A stretch of DNA of 64,000 nucleotides from an uncultured Halomonas sp. (GCA_964456005.1 CAYWBG010000001.1:72-64071), one strand, 5' to 3'. Shown: positions 9,677-18,919, counted from the stretch's first letter. A program made the numbers and translations. Notes: generated by a model not told the origin, from the sequence alone.

Positions 9677-9830
9677 GCTAGTCTCTCGGCGGCGCGAAGG
9701 CGTATTATCGCATGGCGATCAGTGTATCGCGACGGCCGCCGCGGAGGCTGGTCAATCGAATGCCACAGCGGCTAAACTCGACACCGCACCAGGCGCCCTT
9801 GCCGCTGCCGCCGCTGGAGCCCTCCCCCAC

Positions 9831-11051
9831 ATGCCCATTGCCCGCTGCCGCCGGACCGATCGGTCATGGCATCCCACGTCCCTGCTGCTGCTTGCCCTGA
9901 TGCTGGGCCAGCCCGCGTGGTCCAACGACGCCTTGGAGGCGCCGCCGCCGACCCAACCGACCCAACCGACCCTCGACACTCAGGTCATGGTACCTCGTCT
10001 GGAGGTCAGCGAGCCGGAAGGCCCACCCCAGGATGAGGCGGATGGAGTGTATGCAGGAGAAGATACCGACAGCGAACTCGATGACCCTGAGGCTGAAGTG
10101 GTCGACGTCGAGCCGGTGCCGACAGTGGCCGTTACGGCACCTGAGCCCCTCGAACCCCCACCGCTCGCGCGATTGGAGATCATGCTCGACTGGTATCCGA
10201 GCCCACGGCACGCCGCTCTGATACTGGCAGGTGATAACGGGGCGCTGACTCGCAACGGCCTGGAGGTCGTGCTATCCACGCCGGCCGACCCCAATGTCCC
10301 CACCCGGATGCTCGCCGCGGGACGCATCGATCTGGCGGTGACTCGCCAGCCACTGCTTCACCTGCAGGTGGATCGTGGCCTGCCCCTAGTCCGAGTTGCC
10401 ACCCTGGTCAGCGTACCCCTGGCGGCATTGATTCTCCGCGAAAACCAGGACGACGTCCCCCTCGCCCGGCTGGCCGGCCAGCGCATCGGCTACTCGGATG
10501 AAGATGGCCGTGACATCCTGCTGCCCATGTTGATCCAGCCCCACGGTATCAGGTCTGAAGAGCTTACCCTGCTGGATGCCAACTTCGATCTGGCCACGGC
10601 CATGATTGAGGGACAGCTGGACGGGCTGATTGGCAGCATGCGCCTGCAGCTGCCACGCATGCTCGGCGACGAGGGTGTGAGCACCCGCATGCTACGAGTG
10701 GAAGAGCACGGCGTGCCCCTCCATGACGGCCTCATTCTCGTTGCCAATCGGGATCGACTCAACGGCCAGAAGCCCAGCATCCGAAAGCTCATCGCTGCCC
10801 TCGAGGAGACGACCGCCTGGATGATCGAGTACCCCGATGAGGCCTGGCAGCGGCTGGTCGAGGCGGAGCCGGGAATCGACACGCCGGCCAACCGCGAGGC
10901 CTGGCCCGACATCCTGAGGCGCTTCACTACTCGCCCCGCCGCCATGGACCAGCAGCGCTATGGCAGCTTCGAACGCTTGCTCCACGACCGTGGCCTGGTG
11001 AGCGAAGAGACTCCCGTCTACAGACTGGCGGTGGACCCGTGGGCGCCATGA
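9831..11051 (+). CDS. ABC substrate-binding protein, NMT1/THI5 (ThiY-like) family, with long acidic N-terminal extension
   Basis: Signal peptide, then LDWYPSPRH, PADP..P..LAAGRIDLAV..QP.LHLQVDRGLPLVRVATLV, EEHGVP. Start ATG 9831 chosen from a GGAG RBS. Confidence 0.78.
   Translation: MPIARCRRTDRSWHPTSLLLLALMLGQPAWSNDALEAPPPTQPTQPTLDTQVMVPRLEVSEPEGPPQDEADGVYAGEDTDSELDDPEAEVVDVEPVPTVAVTAPEPLEPPPLARLEIMLDWYPSPRHAALILAGDNGALTRNGLEVVLSTPADPNVPTRMLAAGRIDLAVTRQPLLHLQVDRGLPLVRVATLVSVPLAALILRENQDDVPLARLAGQRIGYSDEDGRDILLPMLIQPHGIRSEELTLLDANFDLATAMIEGQLDGLIGSMRLQLPRMLGDEGVSTRMLRVEEHGVPLHDGLILVANRDRLNGQKPSIRKLIAALEETTAWMIEYPDEAWQRLVEAEPGIDTPANREAWPDILRRFTTRPAAMDQQRYGSFERLLHDRGLVSEETPVYRLAVDPWAP
9948..9972 (+). 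repeat. Short 9-bp tandem repeat (CCGACCCAA x ~2.8) encoding PTQPTQPT
   Basis: Directly visible in sequence. Confidence 0.8.
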
Positions 11052-12448
11052 GCCACGAGGTCCTGGTCTTTCTCGATCTGGAGACCACCGGCACCCGGAC
11101 GACCCGCGATCGCATCACCGAGATCGCCGCCCTGCGTGTCGAACGGGGAGACGTCACCGACCGCTGGCACCGTCTGATCGATCCCGGTGTGGCCATCCCT
11201 GCCCACATCACATCACTGACCGGGATCCATCAAGAGATGGTCGACGACGCCCCCCGCTTCGACGAGATTGCCGCCGAGCTGCGGGCCTGGCTAGAGGGCA
11301 CCATCCTGGTGGCGCACAATGCCCGCTTCGACTACGGCTTTCTTCGCAACGCCTTCAAGCGCGCCGGAAAGTCATTCAGCGCCGAGGTCATCTGCACCCT
11401 GCGGCTGTCTCGCCGACTGGCACCCGAGCATCGCCACCATAATCTGGCCATCCTACTCGAACGCCACGGACTGGAGACCAGCGGGCGGCACCGAGCCATG
11501 GCGGATGCCGAGGCCTTGCTATCGCTCTGGCAATGCTGGCAACGGCGCTATCCTGCGGCGCGTCTGGAAGAGGAACAGCGTCGGCAGCGCCAACAGCCTA
11601 GTCTGCCGGCGCAACTCGATCCGGGTCGCCTCCAGGACCTGCCGACCCGCCCCGGCGTCTACCTGCTGTATGGCGAAAACGACCTCCCCCTCTACATCGG
11701 CAAGAGCGTAAACCTGAGGTCAAGGGTGATGAGCCACTTCCAGGCGGACCACCGCCAGGATCGCGAGATGCGTCTGGCCCAACAGGTTCGTCATCTCGAC
11801 TGGCACGAGACGGTAGGCGACCTGGGCGCCCAGCTGCTGGAGGCCCGCCTGGTCAAGGAAAAGCTACCGATCATGAATCGTCGGCTGCGGCGCGCCGGTC
11901 GGCTTGCCGGGTGGTCGTGGCCAAGCGGAGAGACCCGCCCCGAGCTGGTATCTGCCGACACCCTCACCGGCCGGCAGGCCGAGGGCTTGATGGGCCTGTT
12001 CCGCGGCTCCCGGGACGCTCGCCAAGCACTGCGGCAGATCGCCACCGACCAGGGGCTCTGCCTGCGAGTGCTGGGGCTGGAAAAGGGACGCGGGCCCTGC
12101 TTTGCCAGCCAGCTGGGGCGCTGTCACGGTGCCTGCCGGGGCGATGAATCCCTCAAGGCCCATACGGATCGAGCCCGCGAGGCCTTAGCGCGGCTGCAGA
12201 TCCATCACTGGCCCTGGGAAGGCCGCCTGGCGATCGGCGAGAAGGCAAACGACGGCAGGCAGGCTTGGCACCTGGTGGATCACTGGTGCCACCTCGGCAG
12301 CGCCGAGCGCCTTTCGGGCGTTGCAGCGCTTGCCCGGGGCGAAGGGAGCTTCGATGTCGATACCTATCGAATCCTCAAACGCTTCCTGGACAGCCCCGAG
12401 CAGGCGGGGCTAACGCTAGTGCCCTTGCCTCGCCAGGCGCCTGCCTAG
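11048..12448 (+). CDS. DEDDh 3'-5' exonuclease fused to a UvrC/Cho-like GIY-YIG nuclease
   Basis: DLETTG, VAHNARFD, HRAMADA; PGVYLLY...LYIGKSVNLRSRV.SHF; Cys cluster C..LGLE...CF..QLGRC.GAC. Confidence 0.88.
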   Translation: MSHEVLVFLDLETTGTRTTRDRITEIAALRVERGDVTDRWHRLIDPGVAIPAHITSLTGIHQEMVDDAPRFDEIAAELRAWLEGTILVAHNARFDYGFLRNAFKRAGKSFSAEVICTLRLSRRLAPEHRHHNLAILLERHGLETSGRHRAMADAEALLSLWQCWQRRYPAARLEEEQRRQRQQPSLPAQLDPGRLQDLPTRPGVYLLYGENDLPLYIGKSVNLRSRVMSHFQADHRQDREMRLAQQVRHLDWHETVGDLGAQLLEARLVKEKLPIMNRRLRRAGRLAGWSWPSGETRPELVSADTLTGRQAEGLMGLFRGSRDARQALRQIATDQGLCLRVLGLEKGRGPCFASQLGRCHGACRGDESLKAHTDRAREALARLQIHHWPWEGRLAIGEKANDGRQAWHLVDHWCHLGSAERLSGVAALARGEGSFDVDTYRILKRFLDSPEQAGLTLVPLPRQAPA

Positions 12449-12624
12449 TCTGAATTTGTGGAATAGGCGCAACATCCGTACGGTTTTATCGGTATCCGGT
12501 ACGACTCCCCAAACGGCATTAGCTACCGACTCACCCATCGGCCGCCTGGGGGAAACGCTTGCCGGTCACTTCGTCTTTACTGAAGGAGAGGCGCGTAGCG
12601 CGATGCTGACGACACAGGGGTATC

Positions 12625-13377
12625 ATGAAAGACGTTCTTGAACACAGTCATGGCAAGGAAGCGATTCGCAAACGGCTAAGCGAAACGCATCGATCGAGCT
12701 ATCTCAGGGACTCCATTCTCGGCGGAATCGATGGTTGCGTGACCACCATCGCCGTGGTTGCCAGTGTGGCCGGTGCAGGGCTTCCCGGCATGATTGCGTT
12801 TGTGCTCGGTATCGCCAGTCTGGTAGCCGATGCGCTGAGCATGGGCGTCAGCAACTACCAAGCCGTCAAAAGCGACGAAGAAGCCAGAAATCGGGTTCGT
12901 CGACAGGAAGAGAAGCATGTTGATAAAGCGCCCGAGGGTGAGCGAGAGGAGATTCGCGAGATTTTCCGCGGCAAGGGCTTTGGTAGCGATTCGCTCGAAA
13001 CAATCGTTGACACCATTTGCGCCGACCGAAAGCTGTGGGTGGACACCATGATCAAGGAAGAGTACGGCCTGGCTCTGACCGGCCCCTCCGCCTGGAAGGC
13101 CGGTTGCGCTACCTTCGCTGTGTTTCTGGTGGTCGGCGTGATGCCGCTTTTACCCTTCCTGATTCCCTTTCTCAGCGGTGTAGAGTACTTCGTTGCGAGT
13201 GGCGCGATCACCGCCATGGCGCTATTCGGGATTGGTTGGGTCAAAGGACGAGTCCTGGATACTCCTCGCTTGCGCGCCGGCGTTGAAACCCTCCTCATGG
13301 GCGGGGCCGCCGCGGGCGTGGCCTTTCTCTTTGGTTTTTTCCTGGAACCTATGCTTGGGGACCTGAGACTCGGTTGA
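12625..13377 (+). CDS. VIT1/CCC1 family Fe/Mn transporter
   Basis: LRDSILGGIDG.VT, ADALSMGVSNY, Glu-rich cytoplasmic domain (PEGEREE, M.KEEYG). Confidence 0.88.
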   Translation: MKDVLEHSHGKEAIRKRLSETHRSSYLRDSILGGIDGCVTTIAVVASVAGAGLPGMIAFVLGIASLVADALSMGVSNYQAVKSDEEARNRVRRQEEKHVDKAPEGEREEIREIFRGKGFGSDSLETIVDTICADRKLWVDTMIKEEYGLALTGPSAWKAGCATFAVFLVVGVMPLLPFLIPFLSGVEYFVASGAITAMALFGIGWVKGRVLDTPRLRAGVETLLMGGAAAGVAFLFGFFLEPMLGDLRLG

Positions 13378-13514
13378 AACCCAACGCTACCCCTCGATTG
13401 CCAACCCTCAGGGGCTATGCGTTCCGTCACCGCTCTGGATGCTCGGCATCGCCATCCAAAGCGGGGGGACAGGCGAATCGATCAGCATAAAGCGCGAGTT
13501 TTTCGGACCAAACC

Positions 13515-14288
13515 TCAGCGCTCGGAGAGGAAGCGATCCACCGCCTCGCGAAAGGCCTCAGGCTGTTCGGCATGCAGCCAGTGGCCCGCGTCCAGGGTGA
13601 CGACCTCGGCCTCGGGGAGCACTTCCTTAAGGGCGGGAAGCATTTCGTCGGTCACATAGGGCGAGTTGGCGCCACGCAGCACCAGGGTCGGCCCCGGAAA
13701 GGCGCCCTCGCCCGCCGGCGGCCCCATGATGGTCTCGTAGTCGTCCTGAATCTCGTCGAGCCCCAGGCGCAGTGTCAGGCCGCCCTCCTCGGCACGTTCC
13801 AGGTTGGTGGCCAAAAACAGCCTGACCGCCCGCTCCTTGACGTGTTCACCCAGCAGGGCGTCGGCCTCGCGGCGGTTAGCCGGCCGGCCCTCTACCAGGC
13901 GGCGCAGTCCGGCAAATACCGTGTCGTGGTCGTGGCCATAGGCCAGGGGGGCGATGTCGCCGACGATCAGCGAGGCCACCCGCTGGGGGGACAGTCGCGC
14001 CAGTGAGATTACCACCTTGCCGCCCATGGAGTGGCCGAGCAGATGGGCTCGCGGTATTTCCAAGCGATCCAGCAACTGGATCACGTCCTCGGCCATGGCA
14101 TCGTAGCCCATGCCCTCGGCGTGGGGGGAGCGACCGTGGTTACGCAAATCCACGGCAATCACTCGGCGCGTCTCTTGCCACGCCTTGACGTGAGAGCGCC
14201 AGTTGTCGGCGCTGCCGAAAAGGCCATGGATGACCACCAGCGGCACGCCCTCGCCACCGGTATCCTGAATGTTGAGCTCTACGGGCAT
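13515..14288 (-). CDS. ybfF: Alpha/beta-fold esterase, YbfF-like
   Basis: HGLFGS.DNW, DLRNHGRSP, GHSMGGK, DIAP, AGHWLHAEQP. Confidence 0.85.
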   Translation of the reverse strand: MPVELNIQDTGGEGVPLVVIHGLFGSADNWRSHVKAWQETRRVIAVDLRNHGRSPHAEGMGYDAMAEDVIQLLDRLEIPRAHLLGHSMGGKVVISLARLSPQRVASLIVGDIAPLAYGHDHDTVFAGLRRLVEGRPANRREADALLGEHVKERAVRLFLATNLERAEEGGLTLRLGLDEIQDDYETIMGPPAGEGAFPGPTLVLRGANSPYVTDEMLPALKEVLPEAEVVTLDAGHWLHAEQPEAFREAVDRFLSER

Positions 14289-14321
14289 GACACTCTCTCC
14301 TTGGCCGCTCAACGGCCAATG

Positions 14322-15005
14322 TCAGGGACGGGTTCGGGCCGTTGAAGCGGCCAAGGTCTCGGCATCGCTGGCCGCCAGTAGTCGGCGGCTCAGCGTCGCC
14401 AGCAGCACGCCGTACAACGGCACGAAGAACAGCAGGCTGATGGCCAGTTTGATGACATAGTCGACCCAGGCGATTTCCAGCCAGTTGGCCGCCATGAAGG
14501 GGTCGGGGCTGTTGTAAAAGGCGATCGAAAAGAAGGCGAAGGTATCGGCCAGGTTGCCCAGTACCGTCGAGATCGCCGGCGCCACCCACCAGGCCTTGAG
14601 ACTACGCAGCCGATCGAATACGTGCACGTCGAGCAGCTGGCCCAACAGATAGGCCATGAAGCTAGCCACGGCAATGCGCGCCACGAAGAGGTTCCACTCA
14701 CCCAGCGCCTCGAGGCCCGCGTAGCTGCCCCGCGGGAACACCACCGACACCACGTAGGAGATAACCAGTGCCGGCAGCATGACACGCATGACGATGGCAC
14801 GCGCTGGCTCCTTGCCGAACAACCTTACGGTCAGGTCGGTGGCCAAAAAGATGAACGGAAAGCTGAAGGCCCCCCAGGTGGTGTGGAAGCCGAACAGGGT
14901 GAACGGCAGTTGCACAAGATAGTTGCTGGCGGCGATCACCAGGATATGGAAGCTGATCACCAGAGCCAGTAGGCGGCGCTGCTGGGACTCGGAAAGCACG
15001 AACAT
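14322..15005 (-). CDS. yhhQ: preQ0/preQ1 (queuosine precursor) transporter
   Basis: FHILVIAASNYLVQLP...TWGAFSFPFIFLATDLTVR, ARIA.ASF.AY; preQ1 riboswitch immediately upstream. Confidence 0.93.
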   Translation of the reverse strand: MFVLSESQQRRLLALVISFHILVIAASNYLVQLPFTLFGFHTTWGAFSFPFIFLATDLTVRLFGKEPARAIVMRVMLPALVISYVVSVVFPRGSYAGLEALGEWNLFVARIAVASFMAYLLGQLLDVHVFDRLRSLKAWWVAPAISTVLGNLADTFAFFSIAFYNSPDPFMAANWLEIAWVDYVIKLAISLLFFVPLYGVLLATLSRRLLAASDAETLAASTARTRP

Positions 15006-15012
15006 GCGGGTG

Positions 15013-15043
15013 TCCTTTTTGGTGGAGGGGTAAGGGAACCCTC
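15013..15043 (-). ncRNA. preQ1-I riboswitch (gammaproteobacterial yhhQ type)
   Basis: Minus strand GAGGGUUCCCUUACCCCUCCACCAAAAAGGA: short stem, UUCCCU.AC loop, and an A-tract ending in the AGGA Shine-Dalgarno, 7 nt before the yhhQ ATG. Confidence 0.88.
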
Positions 15044-15078
15044 GTGAAACGGGCTGCCGGGGCAGGGTCAAGCCGCGC

Positions 15079-15107
15079 ATTGTACGGGCACTCGTGCCTC
15101 TCGCCAA
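15079..15107 (-). promoter_or_regulatory. Candidate sigma70 promoter of yhhQ
   Basis: Minus strand TTGGCG-N17-TACAAT upstream of the riboswitch. Confidence 0.55.
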
Positions 15108-15130
15108 TGGCCGCAAGTCTACCCACAGAC

Positions 15131-15155
15131 AAACGCCGCCCCGGAGGGGGCGGCG
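15131..15155 (-). terminator. Terminator after prpE
   Basis: Minus strand CGCCGCCCC-CTCC-GGGGCGGCG-TTTGT. Confidence 0.7.
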
Positions 15156-15181
15156 ACGTCATGCCGGGTGGCCGGCGGTGA

Positions 15182-17092
15182 TCAGACCTGGCGTGAGTCC
15201 TGAGAAGCCCCCACGTCACGAGCCTTCATGGCGTCGTGGACGTCCTGCAGGCTGGCCGGGTCGTCGATGGTGGACGGCACGCCGTACTCCTTGCCGTCGG
15301 CGATGTTGCGCAGCAGTTTGCGCAGGATCTTACCCGACCGGGTCTTGGGCAGGCGATCCACCACCAGCACCTGCTTGAAGCAGGCAACGGGGCCGATCTT
15401 GTCGCGCACCAGCGTGATCAGTTCCTGTTCGAGTTCGGCTTCACGACCTTCAAAACCATCCTTGGGAATCACCAGGCCCACCGGCAGCTGGCCTTTCAGG
15501 GCATCGTGGATACCGATCACGGCGCACTCGGCCACCGCCGGATGGGCCCCTACGACCTCCTCCATCTCGCCGGTGGAGAGGCGGTGGCCGGCGACGTTGA
15601 TGACATCATCGGTGCGCCCCATGATGAACAGGTAGCCGTCCTCGTCGAAGTAGCCGCCGTCGCCGGTCAAGTAGTAGCCGGGGAAGGCCGCCATGTAGGC
15701 CGAGTGGAAGCGCTTCGGGTCGCCCCACACGCCCACCAGGCATCCCGGGGGCATGGGCTGCTTGATCACCACGCTGCCTTGTTGCATGGGGCCTGCCTGC
15801 TCTCCCTCGCGATCGAGGATCTGCACGTCGAAGCCCGGTACTGGCACGGTGGCACTGCCCGCCTTGGTGGGCATCGGCTCCAGGCCGTGCATGTTGGCAG
15901 CGATGGGCCAGCCGGTTTCGGTCTGCCACCAGTGATCGATCACCGGTACCTCGAGCAGATCGTCCAGCCAATGGAAGGTCGGGGGGTCGAGGCGCTCGCC
16001 GGCCAGGAACAACGCCTTGAGGCAGGAGATGTCGTACTCCTCCAGCAGCTTGCCATCCGGGTCTTCCTTCTTGATGGCGCGAAACGCCGTCGGTGCGGTG
16101 AAGAAGCTCTTCACCTGGTACTCGCTGATCAGGCGCCAAAAGGCCCCGGCATCCGGGGTCTTAACCGGTTTGCCCTCGTAGACCACGCTGGTGGCCCCGC
16201 GCAGCAGGGGCGCATAGACGATGTAGGAGTGGCCCACTACCCACCCCACATCAGAGGCAGAGAAGAACACCTCACCGGGATCTACGTCATAGATAGCGTC
16301 CATGGAATAGGCCAGCGCCACGGCGTAGCCGCCGGTATCACGCACCACGCCCTTGGGCTTGCCGGTGGTGCCGGAGGTATAAAGCACATAGAGCGGATCG
16401 CTGCCCTTGACCGGCACGCACTCCGCTGGTGTCGCGGTCTCCATCAGTGACGCCCAGTCATGATCGCGGGGGCCCAGTTCGGCGATATGCTGTTCGCGCT
16501 GGAAGACCACGCAGGCGTGGGGCTTGTGGGGACTCTGCTCGATGGCCGAATCGATGATGGGCTTGTAGGGCAAGACCTTGTCGCCCTCTACGCCACAGGA
16601 GGCAGCCACCACGACCTTGGGCGCGGCATCGTCGATACGCACCGCCAGCTCATGGGGAGCGAAACCGCCAAACACCACCGAGTGGACGGCGCCCAAGCGC
16701 GCGCAGGCATACATGGCCACGAGGGCTTCTGGCACCATGGGCATGTAGATGATGACACGGTCTCCCTTCTCAACCCCCAACGCCTTGAGGGCGCCGGCGA
16801 AACTGGCCACCTGGTCACGCATCTCGCGATAGGTGAGAGTGCGTTTGCTGTTGGTCACCGGAGAGTCCCAGAGGATCGCCGGCTGGTCACCGCGGCCTTG
16901 CTCCACGTGGTGATCCAGCGCCGCATAGCTGATGTTCATTTCGCCATCGACGAACCAGCGGGCGTGGTTGGCCTCGTCGTATTCGAGGATGGTAGAGGGG
17001 GGGGTAAACCAGGGAATGCGGCGGGCCTGCTCGGCCCAGAAGGCCTCGGGCTGGTCGATAGAGCGGCGGAATTCGTTAGCGTAGGTGCTCAT
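15182..17092 (-). CDS. prpE: Propionyl-CoA synthetase
   Basis: YTSGTTGKPKG, SDVGWVVGHSY, DHWWQTETG, GRTDDVINVAGHRLSTG, LPKTRSGK. Start reset to MSTYANEF. Confidence 0.88.
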   Translation of the reverse strand: MSTYANEFRRSIDQPEAFWAEQARRIPWFTPPSTILEYDEANHARWFVDGEMNISYAALDHHVEQGRGDQPAILWDSPVTNSKRTLTYREMRDQVASFAGALKALGVEKGDRVIIYMPMVPEALVAMYACARLGAVHSVVFGGFAPHELAVRIDDAAPKVVVAASCGVEGDKVLPYKPIIDSAIEQSPHKPHACVVFQREQHIAELGPRDHDWASLMETATPAECVPVKGSDPLYVLYTSGTTGKPKGVVRDTGGYAVALAYSMDAIYDVDPGEVFFSASDVGWVVGHSYIVYAPLLRGATSVVYEGKPVKTPDAGAFWRLISEYQVKSFFTAPTAFRAIKKEDPDGKLLEEYDISCLKALFLAGERLDPPTFHWLDDLLEVPVIDHWWQTETGWPIAANMHGLEPMPTKAGSATVPVPGFDVQILDREGEQAGPMQQGSVVIKQPMPPGCLVGVWGDPKRFHSAYMAAFPGYYLTGDGGYFDEDGYLFIMGRTDDVINVAGHRLSTGEMEEVVGAHPAVAECAVIGIHDALKGQLPVGLVIPKDGFEGREAELEQELITLVRDKIGPVACFKQVLVVDRLPKTRSGKILRKLLRNIADGKEYGVPSTIDDPASLQDVHDAMKARDVGASQDSRQV

Positions 17093-17125
17093 ATTTATCC
17101 TGTCTGCGATACGAAGGCGTCGTTG

Positions 17126-17224
17126 ATTGTTGACACTGTAATGCAGAACTGTGCGGATGCCCTCCGACCATCGGCTAACTTTCGACAAAAGATGGAGACG
17201 TTGGCCAGAGTTATTGTCGACAAC
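17126..17224. promoter_or_regulatory. Candidate GntR-family PrpR operators upstream of prpE
   Basis: ATTGTCGACAAC (17213-17224), ATTGTTGACACT (17126-17137) and weaker ACTTTCGACAAA (17178-17189), compared with the recalled palindrome ATTGTCGACAAT. Confidence 0.6.
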
Positions 17225-17416
17225 GACACCAATCCGGTCATTTCGCCGACGGGCCACTCACCCTGGCTCAACGTTAATCTCGCAGACAAGCTCGCCAGTG
17301 GTCTATGCTTGAGCGATAGTTAAAATAGGAAACACCATTGGCAGTGGTTCCGGAGGGGTCGACCTGCCAGCCGCAGGGAGGGGGGTCGGCATTACTGGCC
17401 AGCGCAGGGGATCGAC

Positions 17417-17740
17417 ATGAGCAGTTCCAACAGTGTTGCACCGCGACTACTTGGCGGCGGGGATCCGGTCATCGACAGGGCAACGGCGCTGCTCAAGGCC
17501 ATGGCCAATGACAACCGTTTGAGAATCCTCTGCCTGCTCGACGGCGGCGAGCTGTCGGTGACCGAGCTCAATCAGCAATTGGCCCTAAGCCAGTCAGCTC
17601 TCTCTCAGCACCTGGCGATCCTGCGTCGAGAGCATCTGGTGAGTACCCGGCGGGCTTCCCAGACCATCTACTACTCTCTACAGGGTGAAAGCGCCAGGAC
17701 CATCATCGAGGCCCTGGGCGAACTGGGACTGGCCGACTAG
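17417..17740 (+). CDS. ArsR/SmtB family transcriptional regulator (BigR/HlyU-like)
   Basis: LKAMANDNRLRILC.L, ELSV.EL, LSQSALSQHLA.LR, TRR.SQTIYYSL. Confidence 0.9.
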   Translation: MSSSNSVAPRLLGGGDPVIDRATALLKAMANDNRLRILCLLDGGELSVTELNQQLALSQSALSQHLAILRREHLVSTRRASQTIYYSLQGESARTIIEALGELGLAD

Positions 17741-17763
17741 ACACAGGGGGAGAGCTTGCGACC

Positions 17764-18795
17764 TCAGCGTCGCTGCCAGCGGCTATTGTCCAGCACCTCC
17801 AGTCCGCGTTCGATGGCCCGCTCCGCCCCGCGAGAAACCGCCAACCCCAGACGGTCGCCCAGGCGACGCTTGGGCTCGAGCCTGACCCGGATCACGCGGG
17901 CTTCCTTCATGCGCTCCATCAGGTAGGCCTCGCCGGTACCGAGCTCATCCACCAGCCCCTTCTCCAGGGCCTCGCGGCCGTACCAAGTCTCTCCGGTGGC
18001 CACCGCTTCGATATCCAGTCCCGGGCGGCGCTCTGCCACATGCCGTTTGAAGAGTTCGTGGATGCCCTCTAGGTCATCCAGAAACTTCTCGCGGCCCTCA
18101 TCGGTGTTTTCGCCAAACACGGTCAGGGTTCGCTTGTAGCGGCCGGCGGTGAGCAGTTCCACATCGATGTCGTGCCGCTTCAGCAGCCGGTGGAAGTTGG
18201 GCAGCTGAGCAACCACGCCGATGGAGCCCAGCACTGCCAGGGGGGCGGCGCGCAGCCGATCGGCCCCACAGGCCATCAGGTAACCCCCGCTGGCCGCTAC
18301 CTTGTCGATGCAGACCGTGGTCGTAAGCCCCGCCTCTCGCAGGCGATCCAATTCGGCGGCGGCGAGTCCATAGGAGTGAACCAGCCCACCCGCCGATTCC
18401 AGGCGAACCACGGCCTCATCCCCCTCCCGGGCAGCATCGATCAGAGCCGAAACCTCCTCGGCCAGGCGCTCGGTACCGCTGGCTCGGATATCACCATGGA
18501 ACTCCAGGACCCAGACCGTGGGGCGCGTGGCTTTGCCCTTGGCCTTGTCACGAGACTTGTCCTCACGCCGAAAGGCCTTGAGAAGGCCCTTGCGCTCCCC
18601 TGGCTCGCTGGCGGCCAGGGTCAGACGCCGGCGGCGGTAGTCCCGGGAGTCGTTGAGCGTCTCCAGACGCAGCCGGCTCTTCTCGCCCACCTCACCGCGC
18701 AGGCGTACCGCCACGGCCACCGCCAGTCCGACGATGACCACCAGGCTCGCCAGTTGGGCCAGGAACATGCCAAAGTCCGACAGCCACTCGCTCAT
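17764..18795 (-). CDS. sohB: S49 peptidase SohB
   Basis: F.GDIRAS, RLES.GGLVHSYGLAA, DKVAASGGYLMAC, TAGRYKRTLT. Confidence 0.93.
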   Translation of the reverse strand: MSEWLSDFGMFLAQLASLVVIVGLAVAVAVRLRGEVGEKSRLRLETLNDSRDYRRRRLTLAASEPGERKGLLKAFRREDKSRDKAKGKATRPTVWVLEFHGDIRASGTERLAEEVSALIDAAREGDEAVVRLESAGGLVHSYGLAAAELDRLREAGLTTTVCIDKVAASGGYLMACGADRLRAAPLAVLGSIGVVAQLPNFHRLLKRHDIDVELLTAGRYKRTLTVFGENTDEGREKFLDDLEGIHELFKRHVAERRPGLDIEAVATGETWYGREALEKGLVDELGTGEAYLMERMKEARVIRVRLEPKRRLGDRLGLAVSRGAERAIERGLEVLDNSRWQRR

Positions 18796-18919
18796 GCCTT
18801 GCTCCTTATTCGGGTCCGCACTTGAATGAAACGAACGTTTGAAATATTCTCGAGCTTGCCCGGGTGGCTTACCCACCCCCTCACTCACAGTGCCACTAAA
18901 CGCCCATCAGGAGATTCCC

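Noticed and set aside
9677-9830. TPP riboswitch upstream of the THI5-like binding protein
   Set aside because: The conserved CUGAGA and ACCUG cores were not found.
12449-12624. yybP-ykoY manganese riboswitch before the VIT1 gene
   Set aside because: A TTGGGGAGT word occurs only on the antisense strand, and the remaining consensus is missing.
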